Part shown: one piece after another, positions 1 to 8,461 of the stretch
Position numbering within the stretch: the first letter of the stretch is position 1
How the letters are laid out: each line of letters opens with the position of its first letter
Assembly: GCA_902786265.1 (NCBI GenBank)
Contig: CADACE010000025.1
Coordinates: 4,950-68,949, forward strand
Direction: 5' to 3'
Length of the DNA: 64,000 nucleotides
Source: an uncultured Chloroflexota bacterium
GTDB lineage: Bacteria > Chloroflexota > Anaerolineae > Anaerolineales > Anaerolineaceae
Notes under the pieces: model-generated
The model's input: the letters and a program-made list of their open reading frames with translations, nothing else
The model's database searches: none
What the model was told of the DNA's origin: nothing
Position numbers and translations under genes: made by a program

Positions 1-1
1 T

Positions 2-664
2 GAAACCTTAAAGAAAATTGCGACAGAGTCCAATGCCGCCGGCATCATGATGGAGATCGTACAGGGGGAAGGCGGCGTTCTGCCCCTTTCGGAAGATTTT
101 GTCAAAAAGACTGCTGCTTTTGCCAAAGAGAACGACATTCCGCTCATCATTGACGAAGTCCAGACCGGCAATGGCCGCAGCGGACAGCTTTATGCCTATA
201 TGAACTACGGTATCGAACCGGATATCGTTTCCACCGCGAAAGGGATCGGCGGCGGGCTTCCGCTGGGTGCCTGTCTGATGGGAGAAAAGGTACAATTTGT
301 ACTGGGTGCCGGTGATCATGGTTCCACTTTCGGCGGCAATCCGGTCGCCTGTGCGGGCGGTCTATCGATCCTCAGCCGCATCGACGAAAAGCTGCTTGCG
401 GAAGTCCGCGAGAAGAGCGCGTATATTTTTGACGCGTTCACCGGCGCTGACGGGGTCGAATCGATCAGCGGGATGGGTCTGATGATCGGCATCAAACCGG
501 TCGGCCCTGCCTCGAAGATCGTTAACGCGGCGATTGAGAAGGGTGTTCTTGCCCTCACTGCCAAAGACCGCATCCGCCTTCTGCCTGCGCTGAATATACC
601 GATGGATCTGCTCAAAGAAGCGGTCGCTGTTCTCAAAGAGCTCTGTTCGGAAATCAAAGAATAA
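2..664 (+). CDS. argD: Acetylornithine aminotransferase (class III PLP enzyme), 5'-truncated by window edge
   Basis: Frame open from base 2; motifs EIVQGEGG, IIDEVQTGNGRSG, STAKGIGGGLPLGA, HGSTFGGNPVAC. Confidence 0.85.
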   Translation, partial: ETLKKIATESNAAGIMMEIVQGEGGVLPLSEDFVKKTAAFAKENDIPLIIDEVQTGNGRSGQLYAYMNYGIEPDIVSTAKGIGGGLPLGACLMGEKVQFVLGAGDHGSTFGGNPVACAGGLSILSRIDEKLLAEVREKSAYIFDAFTGADGVESISGMGLMIGIKPVGPASKIVNAAIEKGVLALTAKDRIRLLPALNIPMDLLKEAVAVLKELCSEIKE

Positions 665-738
665 AAAATCGTCAGATTTTACGGAGACAGGTTTTGCGGC
701 TCATGCCGGGTTTTCAAATCTGTCTCCGTTGTTTTTCC

Positions 739-768
739 TTGACCGCGGAGGCAAAAGTTCTGTATAAT
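739..768 (+). promoter_or_regulatory. Sigma70-type promoter for LysM-tgt-rmt-rsmF operon
   Basis: TTGACC (739-744), 18 bp spacer, TATAAT (763-768). Confidence 0.6.
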
Positions 769-837
769 TATATGAAGAGAGAATCGGGAATTACGCATTT
801 CAGCATTCCCGCCATTCATTGGAAAGGAGAGAGACCA

Positions 838-1578
838 ATGACAAAGAAATATATCAGAATCATACCCTTCTTCCTGCTGCTGTTGTGCCTTTGCGGGTGC
901 GGCGGAAAGGATAAATATTTACCGTTTCCGCCTCTTTCGAAAGAGACGGTTTCACCGGAAAGAGAAGCAGCGCTTCAGGCGGCTTTAAACGGCAGTCTGC
1001 CTACCGCAACGCCGGAAACAGTTTTGTCATTTATTGAGCCGTCTCCGGTCGTTCCGACATTTGATGAAAACAGTTTCTTCGCGGAAGTAAATCCCACAGC
1101 GACAGAAGAGATCCCGTTTGTAATCGAAGACACCGCTACTCCGACACCGATCATTCCGACCGCGACACCGCTGCCGACCGCGACCAAGCCTTACGACCCG
1201 AACATTATGATGTACGGTACCAGCAACGGTCTGACTACTTATACAATGCAGGAAGGGGATTTCCTGATTTGTCTGGGCCGCAGGTTCAACGTCAGTCTCG
1301 GACATCTGATGGCGCAAAATGGCATTTCATCACCGGATGAATTGGGTGTTGGGGATACGGTCCTGCTGCCGCGGAATCCGTCTCCCTGGAGTCTGATGGA
1401 CGGGTATGGTCCGCAGAGACTGATCCTTCATCCGACCACCTATATTACAAAGGATGGGGATACGCTCTTCAGTATTGCCTGTTCCTTCGGTGATGTACTT
1501 CCGGAAGATATCGCCAAACAGAACCAGCTGGTTCTCGGAGAACCGCTGCCGGTCGGTTTGAGCATTCTGATCCCATGA
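838..1578 (+). CDS. Lipoprotein with Pro/Thr-rich linker and two LysM domains
   Basis: RBS GAAAGGAG before ATG 838; lipobox LCLCGC; LysM-like YTMQEGDFLICLGRRFNVS and YITKDGDTLFSIACSFG. Confidence 0.85.
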   Translation: MTKKYIRIIPFFLLLLCLCGCGGKDKYLPFPPLSKETVSPEREAALQAALNGSLPTATPETVLSFIEPSPVVPTFDENSFFAEVNPTATEEIPFVIEDTATPTPIIPTATPLPTATKPYDPNIMMYGTSNGLTTYTMQEGDFLICLGRRFNVSLGHLMAQNGISSPDELGVGDTVLLPRNPSPWSLMDGYGPQRLILHPTTYITKDGDTLFSIACSFGDVLPEDIAKQNQLVLGEPLPVGLSILIP

Positions 1579-2687
1579 GTGATATCTCCTCCTGTCCCGG
1601 TCTGGAAACTGCCCACGGCAAATTGCTGTATCCGGTCTACCTGCCGGATGCGACCTATGGCATGGTGCGGGCTGTTGACGCGCATGACCTGGAAAACGCC
1701 GGTGTGGAGGGGCTGGTGATGAACACCTTCCACCTGATGCAGAAACCCGGCAGCCTGGTGGTGCAGTCTCTCGGCGGTATGCACCGTATGAGCGGGTGGG
1801 AACATCCCATCATCACGGATTCGGGCGGATTCCAGGCCTTTTCCCTGATCCGGGAAAATGAATCTTTCGGGAAAATGAACGAGGATGGGTTTATCTTTTA
1901 TCCGGAAGGAAGCAAACGGAAGGTTCAGTTCACACCGGAAAAAACGGTCCAGCTGCAGCTTTCCTTCGGCACGGATGTGGTGATCTGCCTGGACCAGTGC
2001 ACGCATGTGGATGACAGTGCCGAAGAGCAGGAAAAGTCGGTGATCCGCACCATCAGCTGGGCAAAACGCTGCCGGAAAGAATTTGACCGCATCGTGAAGC
2101 AGAAAAAGTATGCCGGTCCGGGACCGAAGCTTTTCGCGGTGATCCAGGGCGGCGGATCCTTTGAGCTGCGGAAGCGTTGCGCGGAGGAACTGCTGGAAAT
2201 CGGCTTTGACGGTTTTGGCTTCGGCGGCTGGCCGCTGGATTCGGATGGCAACCTGCTTTATGATATTCTGCAATATACACGGGAGCTGATCCCGCGGGAG
2301 TTCCCGATCCATGCGCTGGGCATTGGCCATCCGGAAAATGTTGCCCGTTGTTTTGATCTTGGTTATGAGATTTTCGACTGTGCCATGCCGACGCGGGATG
2401 CCCGCCACGGGCGGCTGTATTCCTTCGATCCCGGGACCGCTGATTTCAGCGGAAAATGGCTGAAATACATTTATATCAATGATGAGAAACATATCCGCTC
2501 TGACCGCCCGGTGATGTCCGATTGCGACTGCCCGGTTTGTCAGCGGTATTCCATCGGCTATCTGCGGCACCTTTTCAAGATGGGGGACAGCCTGTTCCCG
2601 AGACTGGCGACGATCCACAACGTCCGGGTCCTCACACGTCTCTGTGAGATCCTGAGAGAAAGAAAATATGGGGGATTGAATGTCTGA
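1575..2687 (+). CDS. tgt: tRNA-guanine transglycosylase family protein (divergent)
   Basis: TDSGGFQ, CLDQC, VIQGG, HALGIG, FDCAMPTRDARHG, Zn site CDCPVC...H. Confidence 0.85.
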   Translation: MSDISSCPGLETAHGKLLYPVYLPDATYGMVRAVDAHDLENAGVEGLVMNTFHLMQKPGSLVVQSLGGMHRMSGWEHPIITDSGGFQAFSLIRENESFGKMNEDGFIFYPEGSKRKVQFTPEKTVQLQLSFGTDVVICLDQCTHVDDSAEEQEKSVIRTISWAKRCRKEFDRIVKQKKYAGPGPKLFAVIQGGGSFELRKRCAEELLEIGFDGFGFGGWPLDSDGNLLYDILQYTRELIPREFPIHALGIGHPENVARCFDLGYEIFDCAMPTRDARHGRLYSFDPGTADFSGKWLKYIYINDEKHIRSDRPVMSDCDCPVCQRYSIGYLRHLFKMGDSLFPRLATIHNVRVLTRLCEILRERKYGGLNV

Positions 2688-2936
2688 GTTGAGCCGTTTT
2701 GGGGGAATGGTTATATATATGCTGTTAAACAGCATAATAAACCTCATGTGCATGTTTACTATGGAGATTTTGAGGCTGTTATAGGTATTGACGGTGAGTT
2801 ATTGGCAGGTTCTCTTCCCCGTAGACAATATAAAATTATTACAGGGTGGCTTGCTTATCATGAAGAGGAAGCTTATAAAGCATGGAATTTAGCTGTTCGG
2901 GGAGAACATTTTGACCAAATTCCTCCGATGAATTGA
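2680..2936 (+). pseudogene. DUF4160-family (DhiT-like) toxin gene, frameshifted
   Basis: ATG 2680 gives MSELSRFGGMVIYML; the conserved continuation KQHNKPHVHVYYGDFEAVIGIDGELLAGSLP...AWN lies in another frame (shift near 2726). Confidence 0.75.
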
Positions 2937-2937
2937 G

Positions 2938-3252
2938 GTGAGCAATATGTATATTTTCAATGACATTTGTTACGCGGGAGAAATGCAGGATGATATAAAA
3001 GTAACTGAAGCAAAGCCGCTTCGCGGGGGTATGATGCTGGTTACTTTTTCGACCGGAGAAAAGCGGCTTTTTGATACAACATTGCTGACAGGGTCTGCAT
3101 TTGAACCGTTAAAAGATGAGAAAATATTCATGAATCCCCGGATTTTCCATGGAGTGATTACCTGGAATAATGGAAAAATTGATATAGCTCCGGAATATGT
3201 ATATGAGAAAAGTTATTCCTATGATGATTCACTTATATATTCCATAGGATGA
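2938..3252 (+). CDS. DUF2442 domain protein (DhiA-like antitoxin)
   Basis: VTEAKPL...LVTFSTGEKRLFD...TWNNGKIDIAPEYVY; follows DUF4160 gene. Confidence 0.8.
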   Translation: MSNMYIFNDICYAGEMQDDIKVTEAKPLRGGMMLVTFSTGEKRLFDTTLLTGSAFEPLKDEKIFMNPRIFHGVITWNNGKIDIAPEYVYEKSYSYDDSLIYSIG

Positions 3253-4107
3253 ATGACAGATAATATGGCAGAAGAAATTGACCCTAAAAAATTAGCTGAA
3301 GAGATCGCGGAAACCAAAAAGGCGAAGCACATGGATTTCGGTTTGATCCAGCAGGTGCTGAGCCGGGAGCTTCGCAATTCCAAAAACCGCAAAGAGATCG
3401 TAAAAAACGTCAAATCCAAGCTGTATCAGGTTTCCGGAGCTTACCGCAACGACAATCTGGATTACAGTACCTTAAAGGAAAAACTGTCGGAAGTTACGCC
3501 TGAAATGCCCCCGGATGAACTGAAACCGATTTGTCTGGAGATCATGCACACCCATGCTTCCACACGGGAACGCAGCGGGATCCTGGATGAGCTTTACGGG
3601 GAAATCTTCCGTGATATGCCGCAGCCGAAAACGATCTGCGACCTTGCCTGCGGGCTGAATCCCTTTTCCATCCCCTGGATGCCGCTGGAGCCCGGTTTCC
3701 GCTATGAGGCTTTTGACCTCTTCAGCGATATGTCCGACCTGCTCAATTGTTTTTTTGAAAAACGCGGGATCGACGGGACAGCTTCGCAGGCGAATCTGCT
3801 TTACGGCATGCCCGGCGGACCGTATGACCTGGCGCTGCTGTTCAAAGTGATCCCCTGCCTGGAGCAGATCGACAAGTTTGGCGGCAGACATCTGCTCAGC
3901 CAGCTTTCCTATTCCGCGCGCTATGCCGCTGTCAGTTTCCCCGGCGCTTCCCTGAGCGGGAAAGAGAAGGGAATGCCGCGGAATTATGAAGTGCATTTTA
4001 TGAACATTGTTGACCAGGATGCCTGGGAGATCCGCAAAGTGAAATTCCCGACGGAGCTGGTTTTTGTTTTGAAATCAAAGGTTTTTTATGAGGAAACCGC
4101 GGAATGA
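3253..4107 (+). CDS. 16S rRNA (guanine(1405)-N7) methyltransferase family (Rmt/ArmA/Sgm-like), paralog 1
   Basis: KLYQVSGAY, HASTRER, DLACGLNPF, DLALLFKVIPCLE, SFPGASLSGKEKGMPRNY. Confidence 0.85.
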   Translation: MTDNMAEEIDPKKLAEEIAETKKAKHMDFGLIQQVLSRELRNSKNRKEIVKNVKSKLYQVSGAYRNDNLDYSTLKEKLSEVTPEMPPDELKPICLEIMHTHASTRERSGILDELYGEIFRDMPQPKTICDLACGLNPFSIPWMPLEPGFRYEAFDLFSDMSDLLNCFFEKRGIDGTASQANLLYGMPGGPYDLALLFKVIPCLEQIDKFGGRHLLSQLSYSARYAAVSFPGASLSGKEKGMPRNYEVHFMNIVDQDAWEIRKVKFPTELVFVLKSKVFYEETAE

Positions 4108-4940
4108 GCAGCAGGGCTCTTTCAGCAGATGATATTGAGGAGATGGCGCGGCGGGTGCTGGGTTCCCGGAAATATGCTTCCATGAACCTGCCTCCGGAGA
4201 CGGTGAAGGACCTGATCCGACAGGAGATCGCCGCGGGGAAAAGCCCGAAAGAGGTCGAAAAGGCCATGCGGGAAAAGCTCCATCAGATCATCGCGCCTTA
4301 TTTGGGCGATCCGGATTACGCGGCTGAGGAAGAGCTTCTTCTGAAAGCTGCCGCTGAAGGAGATGAGGCTGTCCGTAACTGGTGCCTGCGCATGCTTTCG
4401 GTCCATACCTCGTCCAGAGAGCGCATCCCGCACATGGAGGAATTTTATCAGGCGATCTTCTCCCGCATCGGTACGCCGGAAAGCGTTCTGGATGTGGCCT
4501 GCGCCTTCAATCCTTTCGCTTTCCCCTGGATGGGACTGCCGAAGAGCACCGCTTACCATGCCTATGATCTGCATGCCCCGCGGGTACACTTGATAAACAG
4601 TTTCTTTAAGGTTTATGGGATGGAACCGCTTGCTGAGACACGTGATATCCTGATCAACCCTCCGGATTCAAAAGCGGATACCGCGTTTTTCTTTAAGGAA
4701 GCACATCGCTTTGAATCCAGGAAAAAGGGCTGCAACCGGAATTTCTGGATCAGCCTTCCGGTGAAAACCATCGTGGTCACGCTGCCGGCGGAAAACCTGA
4801 CCGGGCAGCATCAGATGCGGGACCGTCAGCGGGATCTGGTCCGGAAAAACATCGAAGGCCTGGGATGGGAGCTTGATGAGACGGAAATCGCCGGAGAAAT
4901 GATCTTCATCATAAACAAAGGCGGCAGGGAAAATGAGTAA
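4104..4940 (+). CDS. Rmt/ArmA-family methyltransferase, paralog 2 (more divergent)
   Basis: KLHQIIAPY, HTSSRER, DVACAFNPF, FFFKEAHRFE, VVTLPAENLTG; ATGA overlap with paralog 1. Confidence 0.75.
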   Translation: MSSRALSADDIEEMARRVLGSRKYASMNLPPETVKDLIRQEIAAGKSPKEVEKAMREKLHQIIAPYLGDPDYAAEEELLLKAAAEGDEAVRNWCLRMLSVHTSSRERIPHMEEFYQAIFSRIGTPESVLDVACAFNPFAFPWMGLPKSTAYHAYDLHAPRVHLINSFFKVYGMEPLAETRDILINPPDSKADTAFFFKEAHRFESRKKGCNRNFWISLPVKTIVVTLPAENLTGQHQMRDRQRDLVRKNIEGLGWELDETEIAGEMIFIINKGGRENE

Positions 4941-6429
4941 GAAGAAACAAAAAGGGACAAATATCAGCGAGACACCGCGCCAGGACGCCTTTGACGCCGC
5001 CTGGGAAAAATACCGTCCTCTGGTTCCGCCGGAGGAACTTCCCGCGCTGGAGGAAAGTCTCCATAAACCGCTGCTTCAGGCTTTTCGTCTCAATCCGCTG
5101 AAAACAGACGCTTCCGCTTTGGACGATATGTCATCCCGGTATGGATGGGCGGCGGAACCTATTGCCTTCTGTCCCGAAGGTATTCGTGTCCGTTCCGCGG
5201 AGATCCTGCCTTCCATGACCAATGAACACCGGATGGGGCATTACTATATTCAGGACAGCGCTTCCATGATGCCCGGGATGCTCTATGACGCGGAAAGGCT
5301 GAATGGCTCTCCTTTGATCCTGGATCTGGCAGCTTCCCCCGGAGGGAAGACCACACATCTGATCGGGCGGAGCATGGACCGCGGTCTGGTGATCGCGAAT
5401 GATTCCAGTCCCTCACGGATCCCGGCGCTGAAAACCGTGCTGAAAAACTGGGGCAGCGTTAATCATGCCATTACCCAGTTCCCGGGGGAAAGCTACGGCG
5501 ACTGGTTCCCGAACACCTTTGACCTGATCCTGCTGGATGCTCCCTGCAGTATGCAGAGCCTGGTTTCTCTGGATTCTCATCCGATGCGGCCGATCACCGA
5601 GCGGGAAGAAAAGGCACTTGCACAGCGGCAGACCGCCCTGCTGGAATCCGCCCTCAAAGCGCTTCGTCCCGGCGGGCAGATCGTTTATTCCACCTGTACG
5701 CTTTCTCCAGATGAGGACGAAGCGGTGGTAGACAGTGTTTTGCGCACTTTTCCCGGTAAAGTTCATGTTTGTGACGCTGCCGATCGCCTGCCGTGGCCGG
5801 CTCCGGGGCTCACTTCGGCTTACGGGAATGATTTTGACAGCTCTCTGAAAGGTGCTGTCCGTCTTTGGCCTCATCGCTATGAGACTGCCGGGTTTTTTGC
5901 CTGCCTTCTGGAAAAGACCGATTATTTTGAAGACGAACCTGACGGAAAGCGCGCAGAAGCCCCGTACCGTGCCTGGGAAAAAAGCAGCTTTGCTCCCGCG
6001 AAAGAAGCTGAAATTGCGGACCTGACTGCCTGGCTGGATGATCAATTCGGGCTGGATCTTGCGGAGATATGCGCTGACGCCGGTTCATTGGTCCAAAAAC
6101 GCGGCTCTGAATTCTGGATGCTTCCGGGTCGGTATTTGGAAACCTTCGGAAGTCTGCCGAGTAAATCTATTGGTATGCGTATAGCATCCCAGACGCCCGG
6201 CGGATTGGTACCGGACAATGACTGGGTCAGCCGGTTTTTCTCCCATACATCCGGAAACCGTATTGCTGTTGGTGATGAGGATGTGAATGACTGGCTTCAT
6301 GGCGCTGATATCCGGACCGAAATCGGGAACCTGCCGAAAGGCGCGATCGTGATGATCCTTGATCAGAATGGAATTTTTCTCGGCTGCGGGAGAATCAGCG
6401 GTGAACGGATTCGGAATTTCAACAAATAA
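4933..6429 (+). CDS. rsmF: RsmF/NOL1/NOP2-family rRNA m5C methyltransferase
   Basis: GHYYIQDSASM, DLAASPGGKTTH, LLDAPCS, VYSTCT, C-terminal PUA-like region. Confidence 0.8.
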   Translation: MSKKKQKGTNISETPRQDAFDAAWEKYRPLVPPEELPALEESLHKPLLQAFRLNPLKTDASALDDMSSRYGWAAEPIAFCPEGIRVRSAEILPSMTNEHRMGHYYIQDSASMMPGMLYDAERLNGSPLILDLAASPGGKTTHLIGRSMDRGLVIANDSSPSRIPALKTVLKNWGSVNHAITQFPGESYGDWFPNTFDLILLDAPCSMQSLVSLDSHPMRPITEREEKALAQRQTALLESALKALRPGGQIVYSTCTLSPDEDEAVVDSVLRTFPGKVHVCDAADRLPWPAPGLTSAYGNDFDSSLKGAVRLWPHRYETAGFFACLLEKTDYFEDEPDGKRAEAPYRAWEKSSFAPAKEAEIADLTAWLDDQFGLDLAEICADAGSLVQKRGSEFWMLPGRYLETFGSLPSKSIGMRIASQTPGGLVPDNDWVSRFFSHTSGNRIAVGDEDVNDWLHGADIRTEIGNLPKGAIVMILDQNGIFLGCGRISGERIRNFNK

Positions 6430-6542
6430 CGGATTATAATTGGAGAATACCGGGCTATGTATCTTCGGAACCGGCACTTATCAGAACCGGATACTGTCCG
6501 AGCCCGTAAAGATTTGTTTATAGAGTTGTAAGGACGTTTGTA

Positions 6543-7040
6543 ATGAAAACCCAAAAGATTCCTTTTTTCTTCATTTTTCTGCTTGCTTTTGCTGTGCTGA
6601 TTTCTGCCTGTTCGAAAAAAACAGAACAGGTTCAGCCAACGGAAGAAGAGGTGTTTCTGCCGACCCGTTCTGTCGCTACAGTTCAGGCTCCGACCAAAGC
6701 ACCTTCATGCAATAACGTTATGGGATATATCAATGACGTCAATTATGTTGACGGGACGGTCGTGGAGGCAGGCTCGAAATTCGTTAAGGAATGGGAAGTG
6801 ATCAATTACAGCGATTGTAATTGGGATGACAGATATCATCTTTTCTTCATCTCCGGCAACCAGATGGGTGCTCCGGATTTTCTTGAGATCCCCCATATTC
6901 CGATCGGTGCGAAAGGGAAAATATCTGTGGAACTGACAGCGCCGACAGAACCCGGTGAATACCGTTCCGAATGGAAGCTTTTCGGGGCTGACAACCGCTT
7001 TTTCGGCGAATCGTTATCCGTAAATATTGTAGTTGAATAA
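6543..7040 (+). CDS. Lipoprotein with NBR1-Ig-like (FW) domain
   Basis: Lipobox LISAC; DVNYVDGTVVEAGSKFVKEWEVIN..CNW...APTEPGEYRSEWKL. Confidence 0.8.
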   Translation: MKTQKIPFFFIFLLAFAVLISACSKKTEQVQPTEEEVFLPTRSVATVQAPTKAPSCNNVMGYINDVNYVDGTVVEAGSKFVKEWEVINYSDCNWDDRYHLFFISGNQMGAPDFLEIPHIPIGAKGKISVELTAPTEPGEYRSEWKLFGADNRFFGESLSVNIVVE

Positions 7041-7072
7041 TACGGTTTCTTACTTCTGTATTCAGGAGGAAG

Positions 7073-8461
7073 TTGATGTTGGATGATATTTTATCTGTCC
7101 GGAAATCAGAGTTCCATTCCGGCAGCCATACTGAGCTGCGCGGTCAGCTGAACCGCAGCCGCAAGGTGACATTGCTTTCCGGCAGTGTCGTGGCGAATGC
7201 CCGTTCGGATATATCCGGCGTTTCCGCCCGCGTTTATAAGAATGGTACTTACGGCTTCTCTTCAATGGCGGAATACTCTCCGGAAGCGGCGGCGAAAGTG
7301 CTGCATGCCGCTGCGGAAAATGCTGATTTTATGGATCTTCATGCCGGTGCGGGCAAAGGTCCGCTGCCTGCTCTGCCGCGGAAGACTTATCGGGTTCAGA
7401 ACGGGATCAACGATCCGGCGCAGAAAGTTTATATTGATTTTGCGAAGGCGCTGGATGCCTATGTGGCTGAGCATTGTCCGGAACTGGTCAGCAGGGTGGT
7501 CGTGGCGATGGAAGATTCCATGGAAAAACTGCTGGTCACATCCGACGGTATGGATGCTCACACCATCCTGCCGCGTTCCTATTGCTATGTGGTCATGACT
7601 GCGCAGACAGGCGACGGTCAGCCGGTTGAGCTTTTCAAATCGTTTGGCGGCGAAGGGACCTTTGACCTGAATTTCACGGATCCGGCTGTGTGGTATCCGC
7701 AGATCGACAGTCTTTATGAAAATATAATGAAAAAACGCGAAGGGGTTTATGCCGACGCGGGCTTGAAAACTGTCATTCTTGGCGGGATGATGACCGGGAT
7801 GCTTTCCCATGAAGCGGTCGGTCATACCGTTGAAGCAGACCTGGTCCTGAGCGGCAGTGTCGCCGGGCATAACCTGAATAAGCAGGTTGCCAGTCCGCTG
7901 GTTACATTGACTGATTTCGCCAATACCGCGTTCGGAAAGCGCTGCCCGCTGCCCGTTTATGTGGATGACGAGGGAACGAAAGCTCAGGATGTGACGCTCA
8001 TCAAAGACGGGATCCTGACGGGTTATATGAACAGCCGGGAAAGTGCCCTGCATTTTGGCATGGAACCCCGAGGCAATGCCCGTGCCTGGCTGTTTTCCGA
8101 TGAACCGCTGATCCGCATGCGCAATACTTCAGTGCATCCGGGTACGGATAAGCTGGAAGATATGATCGCTTCCATCGATGACGGTTATTACCTCATTGAT
8201 TCCGGCAACGGTCAGGCGGATACCACCGGTGAATTCATGTTCGGCGTGACGATGGGCTATGAGATCAAAAACGGTAAACTCGGCAAAGCGCTGCTGGATA
8301 CGACCATTTCGGGTGTGGCTTTTGATATGCTCAAGACTGTCGATATGGTCGGTGATACGGTGGTTTGGGCCAGTTCCGGGTTCTGCGGAAAGAAACAGCC
8401 GATGCCTGTCGGTATGGGCGGCCCGGCTCTGCGCTGCAAAGTGATGATCGGAGGACGATAA
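7073..8461 (+). CDS. tldD: TldD metalloprotease
   Basis: HEAVGHTVEAD, DDEG, GNAR..., CGKKQPMPVGMGGP. Confidence 0.9.
   Translation: MMLDDILSVRKSEFHSGSHTELRGQLNRSRKVTLLSGSVVANARSDISGVSARVYKNGTYGFSSMAEYSPEAAAKVLHAAAENADFMDLHAGAGKGPLPALPRKTYRVQNGINDPAQKVYIDFAKALDAYVAEHCPELVSRVVVAMEDSMEKLLVTSDGMDAHTILPRSYCYVVMTAQTGDGQPVELFKSFGGEGTFDLNFTDPAVWYPQIDSLYENIMKKREGVYADAGLKTVILGGMMTGMLSHEAVGHTVEADLVLSGSVAGHNLNKQVASPLVTLTDFANTAFGKRCPLPVYVDDEGTKAQDVTLIKDGILTGYMNSRESALHFGMEPRGNARAWLFSDEPLIRMRNTSVHPGTDKLEDMIASIDDGYYLIDSGNGQADTTGEFMFGVTMGYEIKNGKLGKALLDTTISGVAFDMLKTVDMVGDTVVWASSGFCGKKQPMPVGMGGPALRCKVMIGGR

Noticed and set aside
694-837. Upstream in-frame extensions given by the ORF track (also 8365, 10434, 20439, 22900, 31630, 47264, 57563)
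   Set aside because: RBS, promoter, signal-peptide or overlap evidence favours the downstream ATGs
1440-2753. 437-aa minus-strand ORF, and similar long antisense ORFs at 15140-16192, 39226-40290, 43354-44439, 44709-45971 and 62368-63378
   Set aside because: They are shadows of well-supported plus-strand genes, with no recognisable motifs; expected from codon bias
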